Assembly: GCA_030432195.1 (NCBI GenBank)
Contig: JAUIHE010000002.1
Coordinates: forward strand, 5,045 to 69,044
Source: Alphaproteobacteria bacterium
GTDB lineage: Bacteria > Pseudomonadota > Alphaproteobacteria > UBA7985 > JAUIBT01
DNA: 64,000 bases
Direction of reading: 5' to 3'
A model generated the notes under the pieces. That model was given only the letters and a program-made list of their open reading frames with translations. It was not told the origin of the DNA and made no database searches. Each line of letters opens with the position of its first letter. The first letter of the stretch is position 1. Positions 19,201-27,481 of the stretch are shown here, piece by piece. A program made the position numbers and the translations under genes.

Positions 19201-20924
19201 GCCGCTTTGGTGTGACCGCTGAGTACCTCAACAACTGCGCCGAGCTGGAAATCAAAATGGCCCAGGGCGCAAAGCCGGGCGAGGGCGGCCAGCTTCCGGG
19301 CTTTAAGGTCTCCAAGTACATCGCCAAGATGCGCCACTCGACGCCAGGCGTGACGCTGATTAGCCCGCCGCCTCACCACGATATCTATTCGATCGAGGAC
19401 CTGGCGCAGCTCATCTATGACCTGAAGCAGATCAACCCCGAAGCCCGCGTTTGCGTCAAGCTGGTGGCGCGTTCGGGCATCGGGACCATTGCAGCCGGTG
19501 TGGCCAAGGCCGATGCGGATGTGATCTTGGTGTCGGGCAACTCTGGCGGCACGGGCGCCAGCCCGCAGACCTCGATCAAATACGCGGGGCTGCCTTGGGA
19601 AATGGGCCTGGCAGAGGTCCACCAGGTGCTGACCATGAACGAGCTACGCTCGAAGGTCACACTGCGCACCGATGGCGGGCTTCGTACCGGTCTAGATATT
19701 GTCAAAGCGGCTATGCTGGGTGCTGAAGAATTCGGCATTGGCACCGCCGCGCTGGTGGCTATGGGCTGTATTATGGTGCGCCAGTGCCACTCCAACACCT
19801 GCCCTGTCGGCGTTTGTACCCAGGACGAGGCGCTGCGCGAGAAGTTCAGCGGTACCGCGCAAAAGGTCATCGACCTGTTCAGCTTTGTCGCCGACGAAGT
19901 GCGCGAAATTCTGGCAGAATTGGGTTTCTCACGCCTGGAAGACGTGATCGGGCGAACCGACTTGCTGACCCAAATCAGCCGCGGCGCCGACCACTTGGAT
20001 GACCTGGACTTGAACGCGGTTCTGCAAAAGGTCGAGCCTGCACAGGGCACCTTGGCTCTGTCCGATCGTGAGCGCCGCAACCCCGTTCCCGATACGCTGG
20101 ACGCTGAAATCATCAAGGACGCCAAGCCCTTGTTGACCGTCGGCGAAAAGATGGAACTGAAGTACAACGTCGCCAACACCCAGCGGACCGTAGGCACACG
20201 CTTGTCATCGGAAATCACCCGCAAGTACGGCATGAACTACTTTGACGATGGGCACGTGAACATCCGTCTGCGGGGTTCGGCGGGTCAGTCTTTGGGCGCC
20301 TTTGCCTGCAAGGGCATGCGCATCGAGGTAACAGGCGATTCCAACGACTATGTGGGCAAGGGCCTGTCGGGCGGCATCATTGTGGTGCGACCTTCCTATC
20401 AATCGCCCGTTCAGACCGTAACCCAAGATCATACGATCATCGGCAACACGGTTCTGTATGGGGCCACCAGCGGCAAGCTGTTCGCAGCAGGCCAGGCGGG
20501 CGAGCGCTTTTGTGTGCGCAACTCTGGCGCAACGGCGGTGGTCGAAGGCTGCGGCGGCAATGGCTGTGAATACATGACCGGCGGCGTTGCGGTTATTTTG
20601 GGCGAAACAGGCAAGAACTTCGGCGCGGGCATGACCGGCGGCATGGCCTTTGTCTATGACCCTGAAAACCGCTTCCAGCATCTTTATAACCCCGCCTCTT
20701 TGCAGGTGATGCGCGTGACCATGCCTCACTATCAGAACCAGCTGAAGGATCTGGTCAGCCAGCATCAAGAAGAGACCCGTTCGGTGCATGCAGAACGCTT
20801 GCTGATGGATTGGGAGCGCAGCTTGAAGAGCATGTGGCAGGTGGTTCCTACTGAGATGTTGGCGCTGCTGGACGAGCCGGTCTCGGCAGAGCACGCCGCT
20901 CAGCGCGTCGCGGCCAGCGCTTAG
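16290..20924 (+). CDS. gltB: Glutamate synthase (NADPH) large subunit
   Basis: 1544-aa ORF; amidotransferase catalytic Cys in ENCGVGLVA; FMN and GXGXG C-terminal domains recognisable. Confidence 0.95.
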   Translation: MTKKTISSIANEQDAQQWVDHYRRTQAQLTDAHAYRPDQEHENCGVGLVAATDGKPTRLVVETAIQALKAVWHRGAVDADGKTGDGAGIMMNIPQAFFRSEVERTGHIVPEGASVGVGQVFLPRTDMAKQEACRVIIEREILNAGYRIHGWRQVPVEPAVLGMKANATRPEIEQILIHVDAGADIEATERNFYIIRRRIENAARAKGISELYVCSLSINCIIYKGMFLAQDLSEFYPDLLDPRFVSNVALYHQRYSTNTFPTWSLAQPFRVIAHNGEINTLKGNHNWMRAHESRMESDATFGDAIDELRPVIQPGSSDTSAMDAVFELLCSSQRSLPMVKSLMIPEAWSEDATMPDAHKALYQYCNSVMEPWDGPAAVVGHYGSWVIAGLDRSGLRPMRYSIVRDRQNDSELLIAGSETGMVRIDEQDVVKLGRIGPGSLIAVNLAEGKLYMDSEIKDLLASEHPFADWTQGIKRLDERMQASRVPGTTAENSEFEGEELRRRQLVYGSTHEELELILHPMIVDGKEPIGSMGDDTPMAVLSDKYRPLHHFFRQDFSQVTNPPIDSLRERSVMSLTTRLGNLGNILDVSASQCDLYLLSSPVLTNGEWQGVKDALVGDGAEIAEIDCTYDPSEGSTAMRDAITRIRGDAERAARRGIQHLFLSDKAIGANRAPLPMILATGAVHTHLLETDLRTFVSLNVQSGECMDTHYFAVLIGVGATSVNAYMVQENAADRIRRGLVPDGTTLDVAMGRFKKAIGDGILKIMSKMGIGVVSSYRGGYNFEAVGLSRTLVSEFFPGVPSRISGIGLIGIQKKLNELHAKAYNQAAVPLPIGGFYRFRRGEEKHAWDARNMHLLQSAVNKGSFQTYKQYAKMVNEQSPIWLRDLLGFKTEGLRAIDLSEVESVTSLRKRFVTPGISLGALSKEAHETLAIAMNRIGARSDSGEGGEDPDRYHPWAGGDNAKSAIKQVASGRFGVTAEYLNNCAELEIKMAQGAKPGEGGQLPGFKVSKYIAKMRHSTPGVTLISPPPHHDIYSIEDLAQLIYDLKQINPEARVCVKLVARSGIGTIAAGVAKADADVILVSGNSGGTGASPQTSIKYAGLPWEMGLAEVHQVLTMNELRSKVTLRTDGGLRTGLDIVKAAMLGAEEFGIGTAALVAMGCIMVRQCHSNTCPVGVCTQDEALREKFSGTAQKVIDLFSFVADEVREILAELGFSRLEDVIGRTDLLTQISRGADHLDDLDLNAVLQKVEPAQGTLALSDRERRNPVPDTLDAEIIKDAKPLLTVGEKMELKYNVANTQRTVGTRLSSEITRKYGMNYFDDGHVNIRLRGSAGQSLGAFACKGMRIEVTGDSNDYVGKGLSGGIIVVRPSYQSPVQTVTQDHTIIGNTVLYGATSGKLFAAGQAGERFCVRNSGATAVVEGCGGNGCEYMTGGVAVILGETGKNFGAGMTGGMAFVYDPENRFQHLYNPASLQVMRVTMPHYQNQLKDLVSQHQEETRSVHAERLLMDWERSLKSMWQVVPTEMLALLDEPVSAEHAAQRVAASA

Positions 20925-20939
20925 GGCGGCAGGGCGAGC

Positions 20940-21707
20940 ATGCAGCTTTGTATCGGGATCGACCCAAGCTTGGCTTTGCTTCAGGCTTGGGGCTTGCCTC
21001 AGGACGCGAACGGCGCAGGCCTTTTTGCCCAGGAACTGCTCAACTTGGCAGAAGATGCCAAGGTCATGATTAAGCCGCAGGTGGCCTATTTTGAGCAGTT
21101 CGGACCCGCGGGTTTTCAGGTTCTAGCTGACCTCATTCGTGACGCACGGGAGCGGGGTGTCTTTGTGCTGGCGGATGCCAAGCGCACGGATATTGGCTCA
21201 ACATCGGCGGCTTATGCGCGGGCTTGGTTCGGGCCGGGCGCGCCACTACGGGCCAACGCTTTGACCGCCACCGCATACATGGGGCTGGGCGCAATTATGC
21301 CGATGATCGACGCCGCCGCAGAGGATGGCGGGCAGGTGTTCGTTGTTGTCCGCTCCTCTAACCCAGAAGGCGAGGCCCTGCAAACGACTGGTCTTCCCGC
21401 CGTTTGGGAGACTCTGATGACAGAACTTGAAGTTGTTAATCAGCGCTTTGGTGCGCCTGTTGCGGGTGCCGTCGTGGGGGCAACCCAAGCTAAAGAGTTG
21501 CACCTTTGCAACGGCTTAGCGCCAAACGTACCGCTGCTTTGCCCAGGTGTTGGCGCGCAAGGCGCTGATCTTGCGAGTCTAATAAAACTGCCAAGCGACC
21601 TCAAAGCGCGCATGATACTGCCGATTTCGCGGGGGATTGCCAAAGTGGGCCCGGGTGCTGGCGCCTTGAAAGTTGCGCTGACAGGCTATCTTGGTGAAAT
21701 TTGCTAA
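20940..21707 (+). CDS. pyrF: Orotidine 5'-phosphate decarboxylase (type 2)
   Basis: 255-aa ORF; LCIGIDP, IKPQVAYFE and LADAKRTDIGST motifs. Confidence 0.85.
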   Translation: MQLCIGIDPSLALLQAWGLPQDANGAGLFAQELLNLAEDAKVMIKPQVAYFEQFGPAGFQVLADLIRDARERGVFVLADAKRTDIGSTSAAYARAWFGPGAPLRANALTATAYMGLGAIMPMIDAAAEDGGQVFVVVRSSNPEGEALQTTGLPAVWETLMTELEVVNQRFGAPVAGAVVGATQAKELHLCNGLAPNVPLLCPGVGAQGADLASLIKLPSDLKARMILPISRGIAKVGPGAGALKVALTGYLGEIC

Positions 21708-21757
21708 CCTTTGGAATATACTTGATCCGCCCTTTTGTCTGGTTTTAGACCAAAAGG

Positions 21758-22564
21758 ATGAATGCTCGATTTTCAAGTGTTATCGGTGAAATTTTCCCTA
21801 GAAATCAAATCCAAGCCGCAGCAGGTTTTGGCCTCGCTCTAATTTGGATGATGGTCGCCGCGTGCCTGGTTTGGACGCCTGCAGCGCAAGCAGGCCTCTA
21901 CAATGCAAGCCCAGAGGCCTGTCCAGCGAGCACAGATAAATTGAGTACCGCATCCACTGATTTGATTTCTGTCGGTGCGACACGGCTGAATCAAACCAGC
22001 TGCGATGCGGTCCAAACGGACACATTCGAAACCGCCACCGTCGCTCAACTGGGGGCCAAGGATCAGGTTCTGATCCAGCATAACGGCAACGATACAGCGG
22101 GCTCAATCAGCACCAATCGCCTGTACTTTATCTATGGTAAAAACGCTGTGAACTTTTCAGTTCGAACGGGCTGCGCGGATCCGGTGCCACACACCACGGG
22201 CGATTATCTCGACATTACTGATGCTGCGCAGTGGCCGGCTATTGTCACCTTTGATTACACGCCTGCGCGCGGCGCAAACGCAGGGGTTACAACATCGTTC
22301 TATTTCACCCTGCAACAGCCCGGCATCGTGAAGGCGAACCGTCTTGAGGGTTTTACGGTCCATGTTGGGACTTTCGGCCCTGATGATGATCCGGTCTGCA
22401 TCGCGCAAAAGCAAAAGCCCTTGGACGATCAAGAAAGCGCGGCTTCGTTGGGATCTTCCATTTGGAGCGGGCAGGTTGGTCAGATGGCGCAGCACCGAGC
22501 GAGCCAACGCATTCAGCGTGCGATGTCCGCTGGCGGCTCGGCAGAGGCGGGGGGCCTCATTTAG
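21758..22564 (+). CDS. Autotransporter, N-terminal fragment (signal peptide + passenger); probable frameshift
   Basis: 268-aa ORF with signal peptide (LVWTPAAQA/GL); ends just after a G6 run (22549-22554); reading continues in the +1 frame. Confidence 0.55.
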   Translation: MNARFSSVIGEIFPRNQIQAAAGFGLALIWMMVAACLVWTPAAQAGLYNASPEACPASTDKLSTASTDLISVGATRLNQTSCDAVQTDTFETATVAQLGAKDQVLIQHNGNDTAGSISTNRLYFIYGKNAVNFSVRTGCADPVPHTTGDYLDITDAAQWPAIVTFDYTPARGANAGVTTSFYFTLQQPGIVKANRLEGFTVHVGTFGPDDDPVCIAQKQKPLDDQESAASLGSSIWSGQVGQMAQHRASQRIQRAMSAGGSAEAGGLI

Positions 22565-23549
22565 CGCGCTGGCAACCGCCAAGGCGCAGGGCTGGAGTGC
22601 ATTGGATAGCGACGAGGCGGTGGCGCTTTATCAAGATTGGGAAACCGGGCGCCTGACACGCAAGCTTGAGGGCTTGGACCTGCAAGCTTTGGGCAGCGAC
22701 ACGGCCAGCCTGGTCAAGGATTTGCTCGGCGATAACTCTGCCAGTGAGGCGCTCAATTGGTATACCGCCGGGGCCTATAGCGATTTTGGCAAGGCGGGGA
22801 TGGCTGGCTTTGACGGCTTTGCCCAGGTCTGGACCGCGGGCGCTGACTATCGGTTTTCCGGCGATTTTGTGCTGGGTGGCAACCTGAACTATGAGTACGG
22901 CAAGCTGGATTTTGATACGGCAGAAGACGGCCGTTTGACCAAGCAGGGTTGGCGCGCCGACGCCTATGCTGGTTGGACGCTTGGCGCTGGACTGGCGGGC
23001 GAGGGCCTGCTGTCTTACGGGCAGTTTGAAAACCAGATCATCACCAACTTTGACGAAGGCTGGAGCGATTCGCAGCGCTGGATGGCCTCGTTGGGTCTTG
23101 TGGGGGATCTCGATTGGCTGGGTGTTCGTGCGCGTCCCTACGGTAGGCTTGTTTACAGCAAAGAGACCTTCGATGCCTACGTCATAACTGGCGGCCAGAC
23201 GGTGCCCGGGTTTGATACCGAGTTTAGTCAGGTACAAGGTGGCCTTGAATTGAGGGCACCTCAGGCCGCCTTTTGGGGACTGGAACCCTATTTAGCGCTG
23301 CAGGGCGAATGGGATTGGCGGCATGCTGGCTCGCAAACTTTGGCCTCGGGTGCCGTTCTAGAGCCCGATGACTGGGGTCTGTCTTGGGTCATGGGGCTTA
23401 ATGGGCGCCTAGACGGCTTCTTGCCGGGCACCTGGTACGGGGGCCTTATGGAAGGCGCGTTGGTCGATGTCCGCCTGCAAAATTCGGACTTTGGGCGCGA
23501 TATCGACGCGCGCAGCCTGCAATGGAGCCTTACCATTCCTTTGGATTAG
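22518..23549 (+). CDS. Autotransporter beta-barrel domain, C-terminal fragment lacking its own signal peptide and ATG
   Basis: Alternating beta-strand pattern (YRFSGDFVLGGNLNYEYGKLDF, WRADAYAGWTLG, LEPYLALQGEWDW). Real coding in this frame starts near 22552; the listed start is only the nearest in-frame GTG. Confidence 0.5.
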   Translation: MRCPLAARQRRGASFSALATAKAQGWSALDSDEAVALYQDWETGRLTRKLEGLDLQALGSDTASLVKDLLGDNSASEALNWYTAGAYSDFGKAGMAGFDGFAQVWTAGADYRFSGDFVLGGNLNYEYGKLDFDTAEDGRLTKQGWRADAYAGWTLGAGLAGEGLLSYGQFENQIITNFDEGWSDSQRWMASLGLVGDLDWLGVRARPYGRLVYSKETFDAYVITGGQTVPGFDTEFSQVQGGLELRAPQAAFWGLEPYLALQGEWDWRHAGSQTLASGAVLEPDDWGLSWVMGLNGRLDGFLPGTWYGGLMEGALVDVRLQNSDFGRDIDARSLQWSLTIPLD

Positions 23550-23627
23550 GCACAGAAGGAAAGGGCTGGCGACGGCGCGCCTGCGCCCGCCCGAGACACG
23601 CAAAGCCAAGAAGGTTCGCGCAGGACT

Positions 23628-24665
23628 TTGACCAGGCTTGCGAACTTGTCTATGCCTTGTGCCATGAACGACGCGACACCCCAATCTGGCCGCTCTAGTA
23701 CCAGCAGCCCAGCCCCGATTGATCCTTTGGCTGATGCCCTGATAGCCCCTTTTTTGCAGGCCTTGCATGCGCGTGGACGCTTGCGGGTCTGGTCGATCGT
23801 AATCACCATATTCGGCGATTTGGTGCAGCCGCGCAGCCAGCCGGGGGCGCCTGCACGTTTGGCCTTTTCTGACCTTGGCCGCCTTACGGATAGTTTGGGA
23901 ATAGCGCCCGGTGCGCTGCGCACAGCGATATCACGGCTGACCAAAGAAGGATGGCTGGAGCGTCACAAGACCGGCCGCAATGCCTGGTATCAACTGAGCG
24001 ACAGCGGCGCGTCCAGCACCATGAGCGCAGGACAGCGGATCTACGCTGATAACACCGCCTCTTCTGTCGAGCGCTGGCGTTTGGAGGTCTACAAGAACCC
24101 TGAGCTGGCAGCGTCTGCCGCTTTGACGAGCCCGCACATTCCGCTCGGCGATCAACTGGTCTTGACGCCAATAGGGGCCAGCCAAGGCCACAAATCGGTT
24201 CAAGCAAGGGGCCAATCACGGGGCCAATCACGGGACCAAGACGCGAACCCAATCGGCGGTGGCGCGACCTTGGTATTCGAAGGCACCATCACCGCGCTGC
24301 CGGATTGGTTGCAAGACAGCCTTGTCGATCCTGGTGTCACCCAAGACTATCGCGAGTTGGCAACGCTGCTGACGGCGCTGGCTGATGACAAAACGCGACT
24401 TGAGGCCTTGGCACCACACGAGGCGACGGTTTTGCGCTGCCTCTTATTGCATTTTTGGCGCCGTTTGGTCCTAAAGCATCGCCCCCTGCCTGCAAGCCTG
24501 TTGCCCAGGGATTGGCCCGGTCTGCGGTGCCGTGAGCTGTTGCCCCCCCTCTATCAGGCGCTGTGGTCGGCAAGCGAGGCTTGGGTCGATGCGGCGGGAT
24601 TGGCGCCAAGGCCAGCGGGGCAGGGGTTACCCTTCACCCAAACGGTCAAAAGGTCGGATAGGTAG
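23628..24665 (+). CDS. paaX: Phenylacetic acid degradation operon repressor PaaX
   Basis: 345-aa ORF; N-terminal winged helix (VWSIVITIFGDL, ALRTAISRLTKEGWLERHKTGRNAWYQLS); directly upstream of paaABCDE. Confidence 0.8.
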   Translation: MTRLANLSMPCAMNDATPQSGRSSTSSPAPIDPLADALIAPFLQALHARGRLRVWSIVITIFGDLVQPRSQPGAPARLAFSDLGRLTDSLGIAPGALRTAISRLTKEGWLERHKTGRNAWYQLSDSGASSTMSAGQRIYADNTASSVERWRLEVYKNPELAASAALTSPHIPLGDQLVLTPIGASQGHKSVQARGQSRGQSRDQDANPIGGGATLVFEGTITALPDWLQDSLVDPGVTQDYRELATLLTALADDKTRLEALAPHEATVLRCLLLHFWRRLVLKHRPLPASLLPRDWPGLRCRELLPPLYQALWSASEAWVDAAGLAPRPAGQGLPFTQTVKRSDR

Positions 24666-24678
24666 TTCTCCTTGCGAA

Positions 24679-24722
24679 ATGTTACGAAATAATTTGACGA
24701 AGGTATTTTCGTAACATATGAT
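24679..24722 (+). promoter_or_regulatory. paaA promoter (TTGACG-N17-TATGAT) bracketed by an 11-bp inverted repeat; candidate PaaX operator
   Basis: ATGTTACGAAA (24679-24689) / TTTCGTAACAT (24707-24717); -35 at 24694-24699, -10 at 24717-24722. Confidence 0.5.
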
Positions 24723-24751
24723 GTTTCTCATCAACCATGGGGAGAGGCGAT

Positions 24752-25759
24752 ATGTACAGCCAGGGCCTGATTGGCGCCAACACCAGCACCGATGAAGCGC
24801 CAGAGTTTCTGGAAGCTTTTCAAGCGCGCATCGACGCTGAAGAAAAGATTGAGCCCAACGACGCGATGCCAGCGGGCTACCGCAAGACGCTGATCCGTCA
24901 AATCGGCCAGCACGCGCACTCAGAAATCGTCGGCATGTTGCCGGAAGGTAACTGGATTACCCGCGCGCCCAGCTTGCGCCGCAAGGCGGCCCTTTTGGCC
25001 AAAGTGCAAGATGAAGGCGGCCACGGGCTTTATCTCTATTCTGCTGCGGAGACCCTGGGCGTTTCGCGGGAGCAGATGACCGAAGAACTGCTGAGCGGCA
25101 AGGCCAAGTATTCGTCGATCTTCAACTATCCGACCCTGACCTGGGCGGATATCGGTGCGATTGGCTGGCTGGTCGATGGCGCGGCGATTATGAACCAAAT
25201 CCCGCTGTGCCGCTGCTCGTTTGGCCCCTATGCCCGCGCCATGATCCGCGTCTGCAAGGAGGAGAGCTTCCACCAGCGCCAGGGTTATGAAATCATGACG
25301 GTATTGGCACAAGGCAGCGCAGAACAAAAGGAAATGGCGCAGGACGCGTTGAACCGCTGGTGGTGGCCGTCACTGATGATGTTCGGGCCGCACGATGCGG
25401 ACAGTCAACACGGCGACCAATCTATGGCCTGGAAGATCAAGCGCTTTACCAACGATGAGCTGCGTCAGAAGTTCGTCGATGCGACCGTGCCGCAAGCCCA
25501 ATATCTGGGGCTGAGCTTGCCCGACGACCAGTTGGTCTGGAACCCGGACAAGAACGACGGCAAAGGCGGCTATGACTTTGGCCCGATCGACTGGAACGAG
25601 TTTTGGACCGTCGTCAAAGGCAATGGCATCATGAACAAGGATCGCATGCGCGCGCGCAAGAAAGCCTGGGATGAAGGCGCTTGGGTACGCGATGCCGCTC
25701 TGGCCCATGCCGAAAAGCAGCGCCAGCGCCAGGCCGACACCGCAATCGCCGCGGAATAG
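24752..25759 (+). CDS. paaA: 1,2-phenylacetyl-CoA epoxidase subunit A
   Basis: Diiron oxygenase-like ORF ([18 protein letters not shown]); GGAGAGG Shine-Dalgarno 4 nt before the ATG at 24752 (track ORF starts at 24737). Confidence 0.9.
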   Translation: MYSQGLIGANTSTDEAPEFLEAFQARIDAEEKIEPNDAMPAGYRKTLIRQIGQHAHSEIVGMLPEGNWITRAPSLRRKAALLAKVQDEGGHGLYLYSAAETLGVSREQMTEELLSGKAKYSSIFNYPTLTWADIGAIGWLVDGAAIMNQIPLCRCSFGPYARAMIRVCKEESFHQRQGYEIMTVLAQGSAEQKEMAQDALNRWWWPSLMMFGPHDADSQHGDQSMAWKIKRFTNDELRQKFVDATVPQAQYLGLSLPDDQLVWNPDKNDGKGGYDFGPIDWNEFWTVVKGNGIMNKDRMRARKKAWDEGAWVRDAALAHAEKQRQRQADTAIAAE

Positions 25760-25827
25760 GTCCACGATCTAACGAACCCGAAATTCGGACTATTGAGCTG
25801 CCAAGAACGGCGGCAAGAGGAAAAGCT

Positions 25828-26112
25828 ATGACCCAGCACACCCCCCTTTGGGAAGTTTTCATTCGCCCGCGTAACGGCTTGTCTCACCGTCACTGTGGCT
25901 CGGTTCATGCCGCAGACGCCAGCCTGGCTCTGCAAGCCGCGCGCGATGTCTATACGCGCCGCGGCGAGGGCTTGTCGATCTGGGTCATTCCCTCGGCTCA
26001 AATCGTGGCCTCCGACCCGCAGGACAAGGACGAGCTGTTCGCTCCGGCCGAAGATAAGGTCTATCGCCACCCGACCTTCTATGAAGTTCCCGAAGAAGTG
26101 GGGCACATGTAA
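25828..26112 (+). CDS. paaB: 1,2-phenylacetyl-CoA epoxidase subunit B
   Basis: 94-aa product starting MTQHTPLWEVFIR; ends YRHPTFYEVPEEV, typical of PaaB; the track ORF is extended upstream. Confidence 0.9.
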   Translation: MTQHTPLWEVFIRPRNGLSHRHCGSVHAADASLALQAARDVYTRRGEGLSIWVIPSAQIVASDPQDKDELFAPAEDKVYRHPTFYEVPEEVGHM

Positions 26113-26870
26113 TGGGCGCCGCAACTCCGCTGTATACTTTTGTGCTGCGTTTGGCTGACGACCATCTGATTTTGGGCCAGCGCGTGTCTGAGCTGTGTGG
26201 CCATGCGCCCATGCTGGAAGAAGATATGGCGCTGCCAAATATCGGCTTGGACTTGCTGGGCCAGGCGCGCGCGCTCTACACCTATGCCGCCGAGCTGCAA
26301 GGCGAAGGCAAGAGCGAAGACGACTTGGCTTTTTGCCGCCTGGAGCGCGACTATGTGAACGCGCTGTTGGTTGAGCGGCCCAATCTGGATTTTGCTCATA
26401 CCATTGTGCGTCACTTGCTGCACGCCCTGTTCGTACAGCAGTTGTGGCAGGCTTTGCAGGGCTCCAGCGATGCCACCTTGGCAGCGGTTGCGGGCAAGGC
26501 CGCCAAGGAGACCGCCTACCACGTGCGCCACACCAGCGAGTGGCTCATCCGTTTGGGTGACGGCACGGACGAGAGCCATGAACGGGCGCAAGAGGCACTG
26601 GACATCTTGATGCCCTACGCCAAGGAGCTGTTCGAGGATGATGCGACGACCCAGGCCCTGGCCGCCCAGGGCGTCGCGCCCTTGCCGTCGTCCTTGTATG
26701 AAGCTTGGTCGCAGCGCCTGGACGAAATCTTGTCCATGGCGACCTTGAGCCGCCCCGATTTGACCCTAGGCCTTAGCGGTGGTCGTCAAGGAAGGCACAC
26801 TGAGGAGATGGGCCACGTGCTGGCCGAGCTCCAGTTTATGCAGCGCGCCTATCCCGGCTTGAGCTGGTAG
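26112..26870 (+). CDS. paaC: 1,2-phenylacetyl-CoA epoxidase subunit C
   Basis: 252-aa ORF; TAATG overlap with paaB; position and ferritin-like helices consistent with PaaC. Confidence 0.85.
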   Translation: MGAATPLYTFVLRLADDHLILGQRVSELCGHAPMLEEDMALPNIGLDLLGQARALYTYAAELQGEGKSEDDLAFCRLERDYVNALLVERPNLDFAHTIVRHLLHALFVQQLWQALQGSSDATLAAVAGKAAKETAYHVRHTSEWLIRLGDGTDESHERAQEALDILMPYAKELFEDDATTQALAAQGVAPLPSSLYEAWSQRLDEILSMATLSRPDLTLGLSGGRQGRHTEEMGHVLAELQFMQRAYPGLSW

Positions 26871-26887
26871 CGGAAAGGGCCTGCGTC

Positions 26888-27409
26888 ATGGTGGACAGCA
26901 GTCTTTCGACCCAGCACAAAAGCGGTGAAGAGCTGACCCAAGCAAGGGCTTGGGCTGCCGCGGCCGCAGTGCCTGATCCAGAGATCCCGGTCGTCACGGT
27001 TGCGGATCTTGGTATTTTGCGCGCAGTCGAGCTGAGCGATGGCGTGGCTGTCGCTAAGGTCAGCCCAACTTACACCGGCTGCCCAGCCGTACTGGCCATT
27101 GAAATGGCGATCGAAGCAGCGTTGCGCGAGGCTGGGTTTGACGCGCGTATTGAGCGGGTGATCGCGCCGGCCTGGTCGACGGATTGGATCACGGACGAAG
27201 GGCGCGAAAAGCTGCGCGCCTACGGTATCGCGCCACCCGCCAAAACCAGCAGTTCAAAGCGGGCGCTATTCGATGTCGAACCGGCAGCCTGTCCGCGCTG
27301 TAACTCGCAGAACAGCGAACGCTTGTCTGAGTTTGGTGCCACGCCGTGCAAGGCCATGTACCGATGCTTGGACTGCCGCGAACCCTTTGAAGCTTTTAAG
27401 TGCCTGTAA
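26888..27409 (+). CDS. paaD: Phenylacetate-CoA oxygenase subunit PaaD (PaaJ)
   Basis: 173-aa ORF; DUF59-like N-terminus (VPDPEIPVVTVADLGIL) and C-terminal Cys cluster CPRC...CKAMYRCLDC. Confidence 0.85.
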   Translation: MVDSSLSTQHKSGEELTQARAWAAAAAVPDPEIPVVTVADLGILRAVELSDGVAVAKVSPTYTGCPAVLAIEMAIEAALREAGFDARIERVIAPAWSTDWITDEGREKLRAYGIAPPAKTSSSKRALFDVEPAACPRCNSQNSERLSEFGATPCKAMYRCLDCREPFEAFKCL

Positions 27410-27481
27410 ATACGCTGTTGTAGCCAGGCCCTTGCCCAAAATTCCCGCGCTCGTTGGCGCCGATAAAAGAGGAAAACCACC

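Noticed and set aside
18585-19622. 345-aa minus-strand ORF inside gltB
   Set aside because: Same antisense artefact. gltB is continuous and unmistakable on the plus strand.
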